Both the position numbers and the translations under genes were made by a program. Below are positions 11,400 through 24,720 of a stretch of DNA of 64,000 nucleotides, piece by piece. The notes beneath the pieces are model-generated. The model saw nothing but the letters and a program-made list of their open reading frames with translations, did not search any database and was not told where the DNA came from. The DNA is from Octopus bimaculoides (Eukaryota), in NCBI RefSeq assembly GCF_001194135.2, contig NC_068983.1, positions 107,843,490 to 107,907,489 on the forward strand. The letters are read 5' to 3'. Positions within the stretch are counted from its first letter, which is position 1. Every line of letters begins with the position of its first letter.

Positions 11400-13700
11400 A
11401 ATTAAACTGTGGTTTGAACCTGTGGTTTCATATTCTGCTGGATAAGTGTTACTATGACTTTTAATTTTTAAAAATATTTTTGTTGTTTCTAGTTGTTTGA
11501 GTCAAATATACTGCATTTTCTCATTATATTGTGCTGTTATAGAGTATTTGGATTTGTTTGTTTCTTTTTTTTTTTAATAATCATATTTCTTTTATTCAAT
11601 TGGAATTGTAGTGAGGTATTCTTGATACATTGATATTAATGGAAACTTTGGCATTTGAGATGTTTTGTTTGTTGGGCAAAGATTCAGATGTTTCATAACA
11701 ATTATCTTATATGGTATTGGAGTTTTGTATCTGTTGACAGTGAATCATCAGTCTTTGCTTCAGAATTATCCCTTTTATCTTCATTACATCCAATGCATTT
11801 GATAGCATGAATTATTTTTTTATGTGCAATGAAATGACATTTTTACGGTAAATAAGTGACCTGATTTAAATTTATCTATCAAGCTCTGAAGGAGATTGAT
11901 GCATATTTCACAAGTAGGGAAGATACACTTTTGGACTATTGGAGTTATGTTTTTGGCAGGTTATTTGGTGCAAGTACTTAAATGTTAATAAAAGAAAAAG
12001 ACTTTGAAAATCTTTTATCTGTATACTTTTTTGTTTTGAGTACAGCTTTCTCTGTAGATCATTCATCAAAAATTAAATATCCTCATCGATGATGGTATAT
12101 GCTTTTTATTTCTTTTATTGTATGTTAAGGTAAAGTATTGAGTGTATTAGAGGTGTTTCTTGCTTTTTGCAATTCTTGCATCTACCGTTTTTGCACATTC
12201 TATTCTGTTATCGATTAAAGTGACTGGGTATTGTCTTACAAGTAATATACATTTAATTTCTTGAAGTTGTTTCTCTCAGGTTTCGGGGCTGGATGCAAAT
12301 TGTGCATATTCTTCTTATCAGGTTAAAAGCTATATTTATTATTGTATGTTTTGGAAGGCAGAAAGACAATAACAGGTATTGTTCTGAGTCTGTTGGTTTG
12401 AATTGGATATCATTTTCAATGTCTGCATCGCTTTTACTATTAAATATCTGAGAAGGGTTATTTTTAATATATTCCATTGTAAATTGGATACTGTGGTTTA
12501 TGTTATTGATCAGGGATTTAAACTCATAGAGTCAATCCTGACTGTGTGTCCATGAGATGAAACAATTGTCCAGGTAGCATTTCTATTTGGTGAATAGATA
12601 TTTAAAGAAGTTATTGCCAAAATTTAATCAGAAGTGTTTGTATATGTGAAATTCTAAGTATCTCATAACAAGATAAGCATTCATAGGAGCTAATTTTAAG
12701 TCAATCTCAGTCCCAGAAATTTGTTTGTAAATGTTGTCATTAATATTGTAAAAGTTATTTTGTAGGATAAACTTTAATCCCTCAATGACATATCTTTTCT
12801 CAATTCATTCAGGTAGGTCATTTGGAAAACTTTTCCTGCTGAATTTTATAGCTTCTATTCCATTATTATGTGTAATTGTGTTGTAGAGATATGCTACATC
12901 AAATGAGGTAGTGCTGGTGTTGGTTTATTTTGGAGATGGTTAATTTAGAAAGGCTAAGTCACGGCTTATGAAACTTGATATATATTTAAGACTGGGTTAT
13001 AGGTGTACACCTATAAAATTACTTTGTCTATGTGTTTCAGAGTACATGTCTGCTACAACTGATCTTAATTTGTAATCTTTGGGATGAAGTAAATTAACAT
13101 ACATGCTTCATGTATTGCTTTGCTCTTGTGGATTCATGAACTTCCATAAAATTTGCTGGTTTTGCATTCAAATCCAGTTAAATAGTTTCTTTCATTTCCT
13201 ACTAAGTTTTTTGAAACTGCTGGATGAAGGTAATGAGTTGAGTTTCATGTTTCTTTTTAGATTGTTGGTAATTGTTTACCTGTTCATAACAGATGTCATA
13301 ATATAGAGATAATGCAGTGTTTTTGTTTTGCTCCAATTCCATAATACCTGCAGTAGCACTTTTATCAACTATTTTAATAACTATATTGTGATCTTTCTTA
13401 AGATTATTGGTGATTTCCCATTCATTTTAGTGCTTCATTTAAATTTTGGAAGTGGTAATTTATATTAAAAAAGTGGTTACAAAATCACAGAATTTGTCTA
13501 AAGTTTGGTTCCTACCTTTTGCTCTACTGTAGTTATTTCTCTTATGTAGAATTGATTCATCCTTAATTCTCATGTTAAACAATTTTTTTGATATGTGAAG
13601 TTTTCTATAAAATCCAAAGATATCACTCAGTATTTCATTCATGTTGGAATTTTGTAGTGTTGAATCAGTTTATCCCTTAAGAGAGGATTTGAATTTGTTT
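11400..13700 (-). mobile_element. Decayed Penelope-like retroelement (RT, Cys-rich linker and GIY-YIG)
   Basis: SFDVAYLYNTITH (~12850-12925); KPTDSEQYLLLSFCLPKHTIINIAFNLIRRICTI (12253-12477 ORF); TCEICINLLQ...IIHAIKCIGCNE (~11780-11950). Confidence 0.8.
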
Positions 13701-14099
13701 GGTTGACGTTGTTACTGAAATAGATTTATTACACTTGGAAACTTACAGTTGGTTTGTACCATTGAGTGACTTAAATTCTGTGCAACAAACAAATATTCCA
13801 AATACCAAATTTTCTTTTAATATCAATGCATCAGGAACATCTCAGTTCAATTCTGATTAAACTAGGAAAATATGTTTATTAAGAAATATAATCCAAGACT
13901 AAATATTTATGACAGCATGATAGAATAAGAAGAAAAAAACAGTTAACTAAACTGCTAGAAGTAACGAAAATAAAAGAAAGAACTTAAAGCTGTGGTAATT
14001 GCATCACATCAGAAACTGGAATCCCAAGTTCAAACCATGGTGTTATTGCCAATTTTCATCTCCCATCTACTGATGTCATGCCAGGATTGATTAATTGAA

Positions 14100-14970
14100 T
14101 TTTGGTTTTGGTTAAAACCAAATTGTAAGGGAAAATAGAAAAAATAAGTGGTGCTATAAAGTATTCAGTTAAATAGGACATCTGCAAAACAAGTAACCTC
14201 TCAAGGGAAACAGCCAACTGGAACACAACACTAGACTGTTGTCAGACAGAATTAAGTGGCCAGAACATTTGATTAACAAATGACACCCACATATTGTCAA
14301 CCAAATGGATGCTAGGCTACTGTCAGACAAAAACAAGTGATTAAAATATATGATAAACAAATGATGAACCCAAGCAGTCAGCTAACTAGAATACTAGGTT
14401 ATAGGCAGATAAAATCAAGTTATGTCTTTGAGTAAGTAGCCAATCTGTACTTGAACCTATGTCTTAAAATTTACATATATCAGCTTGAAATAAAGTTCAA
14501 GTTCCACATTTAAACTAGTAAAACAAACTGTAAACAATTCTACTTCACAGAATCTGTAAAGTTTTTTTTCCTATATTTTAAAATCTTCATCATGTCTAAT
14601 TGCTAACATAATTTACTGGCATGGATCTTAAATTTATATCATGCATTTCAAACTGAACTTTCAGATTTCTATCATAATTACTATGAAAATTGTTGCAAAT
14701 TTGAACTTCCATTATTTCTTATTGCTGTTAAGCTTATTGAACATTTAATTTCATCATGTAATTTTGTTATGAAATCTATTGAGCATGGTTTATTGCCATG
14801 AAACATTTTTTTGTGCCTTTTCTTTATTTTAATGTTTCATCTTTTTACATCTTGTTTATTTTCCACTGGAAACATACAAGCTGTGGAAACTGATATGATA
14901 CTGTAAGGTATTTTTGAAATTTAAAGAAAAGCTTAAATTCATTTTAAAACCTTGGTACATTTTCAATCCG
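14100..14970. repeat. Right arm of ~850-bp imperfect inverted repeat
   Basis: Reverse complement of 10520-11340, diverged with indels. Confidence 0.85.
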
Positions 14971-15029
14971 AGAGCCAATTATTGTTACATGCACACACAC
15001 ACACACACACACATTAATAAATTTGTGAT

Positions 15030-15390
15030 AATAAATGTGTGGTAAGAAGCTTGCTTTCCAACCACATGATTTGGCATTCAGTCCCACTCCACTGTATGGC
15101 ACCTTGGGCAAGTGTTTTCTCCTCTAGCCTTGGGCCAACCAAAACCTTGTGAGTGAATTTAGTAGACAGAAACTTAAAGAAGCTTATCACATATATATAT
15201 GTGTGTGCGTGTGTGTGTGTGTGTGTGTCTATGTGTTTGTATCTTTGTCTCTCTCCCCCACCCCAACTGGTGCTGCGTTGTTTACATCCTGTAACTTAGC
15301 AGTTCGGCAAAAATTGGTTAAAAATTCTACAAGTTGGTGCTCCAGCATGGCTGCTGTCTAATGACTGAAACAAGTAAAAGATAAAAGATA
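15030..15390 (+). mobile_element. OR2-like SINE, diverged
   Basis: gtgtggtaagaagcttgct...ggcaccttgggcaagtg...ctccagcatggctg...atgactgaaacaagtaaaag. Confidence 0.8.
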
Positions 15391-15613
15391 TATATGTATT
15401 ATGCATTATTTACATACATGCACATATATTTATTACATATTTATATATATATGTATATATATATATGTGTGTGTGGTGTGTGTGTGCACTGGTATTATTG
15501 TAAGGTTGCAATTGCAATGGTTACTAATCGATGCAGTAGAAATATGTGTAGGTCTGTTTGAAGCTGTATATATAAATATGGAAATTAAAGGTAATGCTAC
15601 TTTGTAATAATCC

Positions 15614-15645
<32 letters not shown>

Positions 15646-15650
15646 TTTAT

Positions 15651-15722
<72 letters not shown>

Positions 15723-16040
15723 AATTCAAAGAGCAAACAGTATCTATCTATATACATGTATATAGCTAAATACATATATATATAAAGATCTATTTAAATA
15801 TGTTTTTAAGTATACATCTCTCTCTCTCTCTTTCTATATATATGTGTGTGTGTGTATACATATTTCTTTATATACATACATCTCTATATACATATGTATG
15901 TAAATGCATAGATATATAGATATAACATATAATGCATACACAGACGTATGTATATATATATATATTTATATACGTGTGTGTGTGTATACATATATACTTA
16001 TATATATATATATGCTTTATAATATGAGTATATACACATA

Positions 16041-17470
16041 TCTATATATATAAAAATGAGAATGTGTGTCTGTCTGTCTGTCTGTCTGTCTGTGTGAATC
16101 CCTAAAACTCGAGAACTACGTAACCAATTTCATTCAAATTTTACACATGCCTTACTTAGGGTTCCAGTTGTATTTTAGTCAAAAAAAAATTTTAACTTCT
16201 TGCAGAGTTCGAGCCCACAGCAACATAATATCTCCTCCACTATTTAAGTATTACGTGTCAAAAGTGAAACAAAAACACTCATGTCAAATACTTTCACTTT
16301 AAAAATGAAACTATTCTACTAACTGAAACAATTACATTTCGATACTGTAATGACAGATACTTTCAGAGAGAGAGAGAAAGAGAGAAAGAGAGATGTATAT
16401 GTATACATATAGATGTATATGTACACGTTATTTCACTAACTGAAACAATCACANNNNNNNNNNNNNNNNNNNNNNNNNNNNNNNNNNNNNNNNNNNNNNN
16501 NNNNNNNNNNNNNNNNNNNNNNNNNNNNNNNNNNNNNNNNNNNNNNNNNNNNNNNNNNNNNNNNNNNNNNNNNNNNNNNNNNNNNNNNNNNNNNNNNNNN
16601 NNNNNNNNNNNNNNNNNNNNNNNNNNNNNNNNNNNNNNNNNNNNNNNNNNNNNNNNNNNNNNNNNNNNNNNNNNNNNNNNNNNNNNNNNNNNNNNNNNNN
16701 NNNNNNNNNNNNNNNNNNNNNNNNNNNNNNNNNNNNNNNNNNNNNNNNNNNNNNNNNNNNNNNNNNNNNNNNNNNNNNNNNNNNNNNNNNNNNNNNNNNN
16801 NNNNNNNNNNNNNNNNNNNNNNNNNNNNNNNNNNNNNNNNNNNNNNNNNNNNNNNNNNNNNNNNNNNNNNNNNNNNNNNNNNNNNNNNNNNNNNNNNNNN
16901 NNNNNNNNNNNNNNNNNNNNNNNNNNNNNNNNNNNNNNNNNNNNNNNNNNNNNNNNNNNNNNNNNNNNNNNNNNNNNNNNNNNNNNNNNNNNNNNNNNNN
17001 NNNNNNNNNNNNNNNNNNNNNNNNNNNNNNNNNNNNNNNNNNNNNNNNNNNNNNNNNNNNNNNNNNNNNNNNNNNNNNNNNNNNNNNNNNNNNNNNNNNN
17101 NNNNNNNNNNNNNNNNNNNNNNNNNNNNNNNNNNNCATAAATTGTCAAGTAAATGAGATGCATCTTTGCCTCCACTGATTCACTTGCAAAGTGTTGAGTA
17201 AAATTATTTCGTTGCAGACCTCTTTTGGGTCTTTTTATTATCACTACGACACACATAGTCCCCAGTTGGTAACATTGATTTCAAGGCCCTCCTAGATGAG
17301 AGACTGGCATTCCACTTAATGTCTATGTTCCATGCTGGCATGGATTGGAGAGTTATTAATGTAGAAATTTGGTATCGTAGCTACTAACAGTTGAGGGTTG
17401 CGTAGTCTAGACGGCGTTTTTAGATTTCATTATTCTCTTTAACCCGGGCAAAGCCGGGTATTTCTGCTAG
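16041..17470 (+). mobile_element. Non-autonomous Helitron (DINE-1/HINE-like), spanning an assembly gap
   Basis: A|TC 5' end at 16040/16041, (GTCT)n near the 5' end, hairpin ACCCGG-gcaaag-CCGGGT at 17442-17459, and 3' CTAG|T at 17467-17471. Confidence 0.75.
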
Positions 17471-17795
17471 TATTATATATAACCTATTACATATCTATAA
17501 ATCAACATCATCATTTAACGTCCATTTTCCAAATTGACATGGGTTGAACAATTCTTATTGTAACTTCTTTTGTTATCTGATACTTTTCCTGTCATTATTT
17601 TCTTCTTTCTCAAATAAGTTATGTTCATTCTCCTGTTTCTCACTCATCTTTCGTTCTACATGCATTGCTGTTTTTTTTTCTTTTTTTCACTTAAATGGTT
17701 TTAATGAAGTGTTGCAGAATCACCATTCATTCACATGCTTGCCCATACATATATTTATTCAGCCTTATATCTATCTATCTATCTACATACATACA

Positions 17796-18187
17796 GGCGC
17801 AGGAGTGGCTGTGTGGTAAGTAGCTTGCTTACGAACTACATGGTTCCGGATTCCTTCCCACTGCGTGGCACCTTGGGCAAGTGTCTTCTACTATAGCCTC
17901 AGACCGACCAAAGCCTTGTGAGTGGATTTGGTAGACGGAAACTGAAAGAAGCCCATCGTATATATATATGTATGTATGTGTGTCTCTGTGTTTGTCCCCC
18001 CCAACATTGGTTGACAACCGATGCTGGTGTGTTTACGTCCCCGTAACTTAGCGGTTTGGCAAACAAGACTGCTAAAATAAGTACTAGGCATCCAAAGAAT
18101 AAATCCTGGGGTCGATTTGCTTGACTAAAGATGGTGCTCCAGCATGGCCACAGTCAAATGACTGAAACAAGTAAAAGTGTAAAAGAG
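17796..18187 (+). mobile_element. Full-length OR2-like tRNA-derived SINE
   Basis: Head ggcgcaggagtggctgtgtggtaag, CORE-like ggcaccttgggcaagtgtctt, tail cagcatggccacagtcaaatgactgaaacaagtaaaag. Confidence 0.88.
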
Positions 18188-18224
18188 TATACACACACAT
18201 ATATATATGTATATGTGACGGTGT

Positions 18225-18480
18225 GTGACCTAACAGTCAGAATCTCATGCTCACAATTGGATAATACTGGTTTCAGTTCCTAGACCTGGCACTGCACTGT
18301 GTTCTTGAGCAAAACACTTCATTTCTCATCACTCAGTGCCTCCTTTGACATCTGACATGTGGCTTACTATGCACCTGTACAGTCAATGTTAATTTGTCAG
18401 AGGGAGTAAGCAAATGTACAGCACAAGCAGTGGATCCAAGCATATTGTTCAGCAAAATATTGTCAAGCCCTTATCAGTTG
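18225..18480 (+). mobile_element. Degenerate SINE (related copy at 52930-53125)
   Basis: Shared ttcttgagcaaaacacttcat / cctttgacatctgaca / gggagtaagcaaatgtaca blocks with 52930-53125. Confidence 0.5.
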
Positions 18481-18541
18481 TTTATGACATGAGGCTCTAC
18501 TATTACATACACACACACATGAATGTGCAATGATGATGATA

Positions 18542-18599
<58 letters not shown>

Positions 18600-18600
<1 letters not shown>

Positions 18601-19105
18601 AATTGAAACCAAACTAAATTCGACGACTTGAAATCGAAACCGGACTAAATTCAACGACTGGCACCCATGCCAACGTCGTCTCCTTCATTGGACACGAAAC
18701 TCAGCTTGCGAAGACTTATTGGGGCAAGCGAGAGCGAAATCGGGATAGCACCTGTGCCCAGCATCGCCTTCCTGGCACTTGTGCCTGTGGCATGTGTCAT
18801 GGACTTTCGAGCGAGATCATTGCCAGTGCCCCTGGACTGGCTCTTGTGAGGGTGGCACATAAAATACACCATTTGAGCGTGGCCGTTGCCAGTACCGCCT
18901 GACTGGCCTCGTGCGGGTGGCACGTAAAAGCACCCACTACACTCTCAGAGTGGTTGGTGTTAGGAAGGGCATCCAGCTGTAGAAACTCTGCCAAATCAGA
19001 TTGGAGCCTGGTATAGCCATCTGGTTTCACCAGTCCTCAGTCAAATCGTCCAACCCATGCTAGCATGGAAAGCGTACATTAAATGATGATGATGATGATG
19101 ATGAT
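18600..19105 (+). mobile_element. Hairpin-subrepeat retroelement with (GAT)n tail
   Basis: Hairpins at 18822 and 18888; 3' end homologous to 4890-5076. Confidence 0.8.
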
Positions 19106-20459
19106 ATATATATATAACACAAATGGGTTAAGTTTCACTACCGCCATTTCATACACGTTTTTTATTGATGAACAAATATCTTGATTCAATTGGATCTTGT
19201 AAATAATGCATACATGTAAGCAAGCATCACTGTCATACAAGTAATGTCTTTCCTTTCTAGTCTTGCATAGAAGCATGTCCAGCTATGGGAAAATATTTAC
19301 CTTAGAAATAAGTGTAGGATGACAAAGAAGAAGGGCCTCTGGATTTAGAAAATCTGTTTCAAAACTTGTCTCATCCTTGCAAGCATGGAATCATTGACAG
19401 CAGAACAATAATATGGATGATGATGATTTTTACTTATATATATATAAATACATATACTCACACAAACACACATACATGCACACTCACACACCAATGCTTG
19501 TATTTATGCATATTTATATATGGACAATCCTCTCACAATTCATTGGTTCACTTGAGTTTTAGTAGAAAAGACTTGACTAAGTTGTCTTGCATTGGAACTA
19601 AAACCAGAAGTATAGGGTTGCAAAATGAACATTTTACCTACTGACCCATATATTGTTATGAAGATATATAGATATGTTTTTATGTGTATGCTTGTATGTA
19701 TGTCTATATATGCGTATGTACATGTACATATGTGTGAGTGTGTATCTTCATGTACTTCTATATATGTATGCATGTTTAACAACTAGATGAAAACTTCGCT
19801 ACTTCACTAACTTCTGTATGGATCACGTTGACTTTCGTTTAGATTGCTATCCATAATTTTTTAAGATTTATATCTTGTTCACTCAGCATATATTGTATTG
19901 AATTTATATTTTTGTAACGTAATTCAATATAACATACTACATGAGCCATTCATTTCTAAATTCCAAACCATTAAGAATATTATTTAGTTTCCACAATCTT
20001 CTTTTCATGAACCATGGCCATGCTAGAGCACTGCCTTATGTTTCTTTTATCACTTACATGCATCATACACTTTATCACAAAATAGTTTGTGTGTTTCTTT
20101 TACTAAAGTAATTGTGAAAAGCAAATTTTATTCATATGCTCAAAATGAATATAGATACCTGTGGTAGATGAAAGATAAATGAGTTTAGGATAATTTGCCA
20201 CACAATGCTCTTATATGTGTATCTAGTGATTTTTTTTTTTTGCTTTTCTATAATCATTGACATTGCTAAAATTTTTATCAAAAGTTTAATGAGAACAATT
20301 ATTAATTTCTGATACGTTATATGTTACACTGATTTCTAATTTTTCTCTACACACTCACTCTAGATTATTTCCTCAGAACATCACTTGATAATTTAAACAT
20401 CCCTGGTTTTATACTCCATGAAAAGAATATTGGTCAGACATTGAGCTCAAAAAATAACT

Positions 20460-21190
20460 GATGTCACCTATGCTGATGATTTAGTCCTCCTCTCTAATGC
20501 AATATCAAACTCCATCCAATTATTTCATAGTCTAGGATTAACTGTTCAAGATGAACTACTTGTTAATCCAAGTAAAACCAAGTTCATTACTCACAACCAA
20601 CAAGGATCCTTCACCAACATCAGAGATCCCATCAATCAAGTTGATGATTTCACATACCTTGGTTCTGAGATAGCCTCAATTGAAATGGATGTAAAAACTC
20701 AAATAGCCAAAAGTAATGGTCAATCCTCAACTGGATGTTGTCTGCAAATCAACCCTGTTAGAAATTTTTTCCATGTAATCGTAGAGTTAGTCATTATATG
20801 GAGCAACAGCCAGGACACTTACCAAAAAAAAAAAAAAATGTAATTCAAGCTAGATGGAACTTTCACCTGAATCTGAAGGGCAGTCTTAAACATATCTTAA
20901 GAGAACTCATCTCACTAAGAAATAATTGAATGGAAATCTCCTGCCTGTTTCCACCATTATAAGGAAAGGCACTTGTGCTTTGTGAGACATTGCTGGTGAG
21001 CTGAATAAGAGTTGGAACATGACAATGCTATGGATGTCAAAGCGTAGCTGTTTGCGAGCAGGTTGCCTAAACACAATGTATATAGATCAACTCATCAGAG
21101 ACAATGGATGCTTCTGCAAAGACCTCCTCTCCTCAGTTAATGCAGGATTAAGATTGATGGCATGTGAAGGTTAAAAATGACCAAACAAAC
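20460..21190 (+). mobile_element. Decayed RTE-like LINE RT fragment
   Basis: TYADDLVLLSNA at ~20467; VDDFTYLGSEIAS at ~20640. Confidence 0.7.
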
Positions 21191-23379
21191 TCGACCAGAT
21201 TATAATCTCTAGTAATGCTTCTAGATTTTCTTACATTAAAAATAGGATGCTTATATTAATGTATAAACATGGAAATATTTAATATTGACTAAAAAAATTG
21301 ATGGAAATCTAATAAAGATGAAATCCCAATGAGGCTTCACTTTGCCTTTTATCCTTTTTCAGTCAGTGATATGATAAATATTGAGGAATGTCTTGTTTGA
21401 GACTCTTTTGTACTGAGATATATAAAGTTTACTGAAGTGTAACTTGTAGAAAATACCAACTCTAATTTTTGGTAGACATATAACATCATTACTGGAACGA
21501 CCATGACATTTACTCCCACTGTTGAATGGTTAATGATATATATTATTCTATTCATCTCCGTTTACATTGTTTATATAGATGAAGGAAAATATAGAAAATA
21601 TTTTTTGTAATGTACTTGCACATCCAAAGAGAAATTTATCCCTCATCTGTTAAATACAAAGAAAACTAAATTTTTGTATCAAGTCCATTGATCTTTAAGG
21701 TAGTCAACATTAAAATATTAATTCTGAATAATAGTGACTGGCTTTCTGAAATTTCTTTTGCTCAAATGCAATGCTCAACTTCTCCCTTGTCATCAGTATC
21801 CTAAAACTTTGGTGATTTTTTTTTTCTTTATAAAGAGTTTCAAAGTAACAATTTCTAATACCAAATTATCGTCTTTATTTTGGTTATTTCAAAAAATGAA
21901 TGACCTTATAACCTTTCTGAGAATAATTCTGAGTAGTAGACAATCGACTTTGACTATTCCCTTTTTTAGTTAGTAGCAATGTATCAAAGACTACACTACA
22001 TTATATATCCTTCATTTTTAAAGTGAACAGAAAGGGATGGTTGTTCTTTCATGGCATATCGTAGCTCTCAATGGCTTGTTGTATCTATAGTTGTTTACAA
22101 TAAAGAAGAGTTAGCCTTATAACAATATTGCTCATTCTGATCTATCCCAATAGCCCTCCTCAACAGCTCCTTTTTCATTTCCTCCTTCATGTTCTTCTCA
22201 CTTTTCTCCTTTCATATTAATTTCCATCACTCCTCTCAACCAGTCTTTTCATCCTTTCTCACTGTATGACCTAGCCATCACAAATGCTCTTTCCATCATT
22301 CTCTGCATTTTATTGTTTGTCTTCTTTTTTTTCTCAGAGGTACCCTGCTCATCCTTGGAACCATTTTCATTTCCATCTTTACCAACCTTTTCTGCTGTTC
22401 AGCATTCATTACTCTGTATCCTATTCAGGTTTGTTTTAGTCACTTTTTAAAACGGTTATAGGTTTTATGTGAAACTATTAGTTTAAATTCTTTCTATAAT
22501 TATTTATTTGATAGCTATAGGTTTAGTTTGAATTACTCTTAAGCAGTAGCCGTTTTATCCCTTTTGATTAAATAAGTTGTTTAGATTGTTTGCAGTTAGG
22601 TTGTTTTATTTATGCAAGTAATTTGCTATAATTTGGAGGTCCATCATATTTATATTTTACATTATTTATTTACATTTGTATTATTTTTTAACAAGCATTT
22701 TATTTTCTAAAATTAGGCATATATATTTAATAGGTATTGACTTATGCATGTTTTTTCCTTTACACACGGTTCAGGGGCATTGGAAAAAGGTATATTGTTC
22801 CACTAGTATATATTCCCTTTGTTCTTCATGTGTTTTCATTTTTAGAATATGTTATAGAATGAGAAACAGTATAGCTATTGGTCTATGTTCATTACTTAAT
22901 CTATATGTTTGAAGTGCTAGGTTTGTTGCTCCTTGGGTTGTCATTATTTTCCAAGTTATAAATGAGTTGTTTTACTCAATATGTTAAATTCACCAGTTCT
23001 ATTTTCTCCGATACTAGTATTTGCAATGATAAGCAGGTGTTGGCATAATAGACATTTTGTGCTAATGTTTCACTCCCTCTACTTGTCCATTGATTTCCAT
23101 ACGGAATTTATGTTTCTAATGTTACTGACATCGTTGGGCTGATTGGTAAAGCCCAGGTGTCAAAACCAGTGATATCCATTAGGTAGCTGATGATGGAATA
23201 TATGTTTGGTTGTGTTTCATTATTCTGAATTGTCTTTCATTCTGGTAAGATTGTACACCATTATGAGTTCACAGTTTATGGTGATTACATGTAGTGATAT
23301 TGCTGGATTTTCTTCATGGGTGATCTAATTTAGCTAGGATAATATTCAATTGTTTCCAGTTTTGGGAGGTTCTCTGATA

Positions 23380-24720
23380 TAAACCAAATCACCTCTCAGA
23401 CATGCAGTATACACCTTTCCCTTCAGTTTTAGCAATGCTGCTGTTCTCATTAGCACAGGTGTCAGTTCTCAGAACTTTTTCCATGCATATCTCATTCTAG
23501 TCATTATTGTTGAGTCTAAATCATCTTATCCCATTCAAAGTTTCCTGAGGAACGAAATGTTTTTGTACCTTCCATCTTCAGCTTGCCTCAAATGCACCTC
23601 ACACTTAAATGTAGTTGTTGTATTAGTTGATAACCCTCTCATAACACTACATTCTTTATGAACTAACTCAGTGCCTATTGCACATTTAGTGAAGTTTACT
23701 TCAACACCCTTTCTGCCCGCAATCACTTCCCTATTCTTCTATTTCCTCATATGCTTACGGCTTGTCATCACCTTTGTCTTCCAGATATTTAGTTTCATAT
23801 TTTCCTTTCACCAATATTTCAATCCATTATTACTGTCTGCTACTAACACCAGATCATATGTATACAGCAATTTCCATGGTAAACCTTCCTTTATGCTTCA
23901 AACCAGCACATCCATCACAACTACAAACGGTAGTGGGTTTAATATTGAATCCTGTTGCACACCAAACTTCATTTCAAACGCATTGTTCCTATCCTTTGTG
24001 TATATGACTGTGTTCTCTTACATATCAACATCACAACTCAAACAAACCAATATTCTCCTAACTCTTTCAGTGTCCATATCACTTCATGTAGACCTTATTA
24101 AAAGTTTTCTTCTGAACAAAAATGCAAGCAACTTCTCTCTCATGTCCCTGTACTTCTCATATAATTGCCTTGAAAAGAAAAATGCATCAGTAATTTTTCT
24201 TGGCTTAAATCCAAACTTCAATTCATTGATCTTTTCTTTATGACTTGTTCCACTACCTTCATTCCATGTTTCAATAACTTCATAGCACAATATGAGCCAC
24301 ATACCAGGAGATCCCCTTTAATCCTGTAAAGAAGAATGAGAATACTCAACTTTGAATCCTCTAGAATATGGTCCTTTTTTTCACTACCATCCAACAGATA
24401 AATTATTTTCTTCTCACCTGGACCTATGCCTTTAACACTCCTCTTGTAACTCTAGTTGACTCTTCTGTTTTCCTACTATTTATTACTCCTAATTCTTTCT
24501 CACTTATCTTTTCTACTGAACCTTGAAGATGGTTGTTATTTGTATTGACTTCTTATTCCTTCTATACTTTCAACAACCTCTCCATATATCTCTTCCAACT
24601 TACCTTAATTCTATGAGGATCCACAATTTTTCTCACTTATTCCTTCAAGTTGCTCTCTGACAACTCTGAATTCATACATTCTTCAAACATTTTTCGATTG
24701 GCTTTCTGTACCTTTGCTAC
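23380..24720 (-). mobile_element. Decayed RTE-clade LINE RT fragment
   Basis: KFGFKPRKITDAFFFSRQLYEKY (24084-24302 ORF); RMRYAWKKF.ELTPVL..LKGKVYTAC near 23400-23500. Confidence 0.75.

Noticed and set aside
17796-17870. tRNA-like sequences (also 9413-9470, 57367-57430)
   Set aside because: They have A/B boxes but no complete cloverleaf and continue into repeat bodies, so they are SINE or PLE heads.
21331-21610. Plus-strand acceptor followed by a hydrophobic frame with stops, and an overlapping 68-aa minus ORF that looks GPCR-like
   Set aside because: No recognisable family motif and no phase-linked partner exon; plausible by chance in AT-rich DNA.
23180-23240. CTGATGA...GAAT hammerhead-like motif with GGAATA/TATTCT stem
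   Set aside because: GAAA core is broken and stem I is unconvincing, so it cannot be supported.
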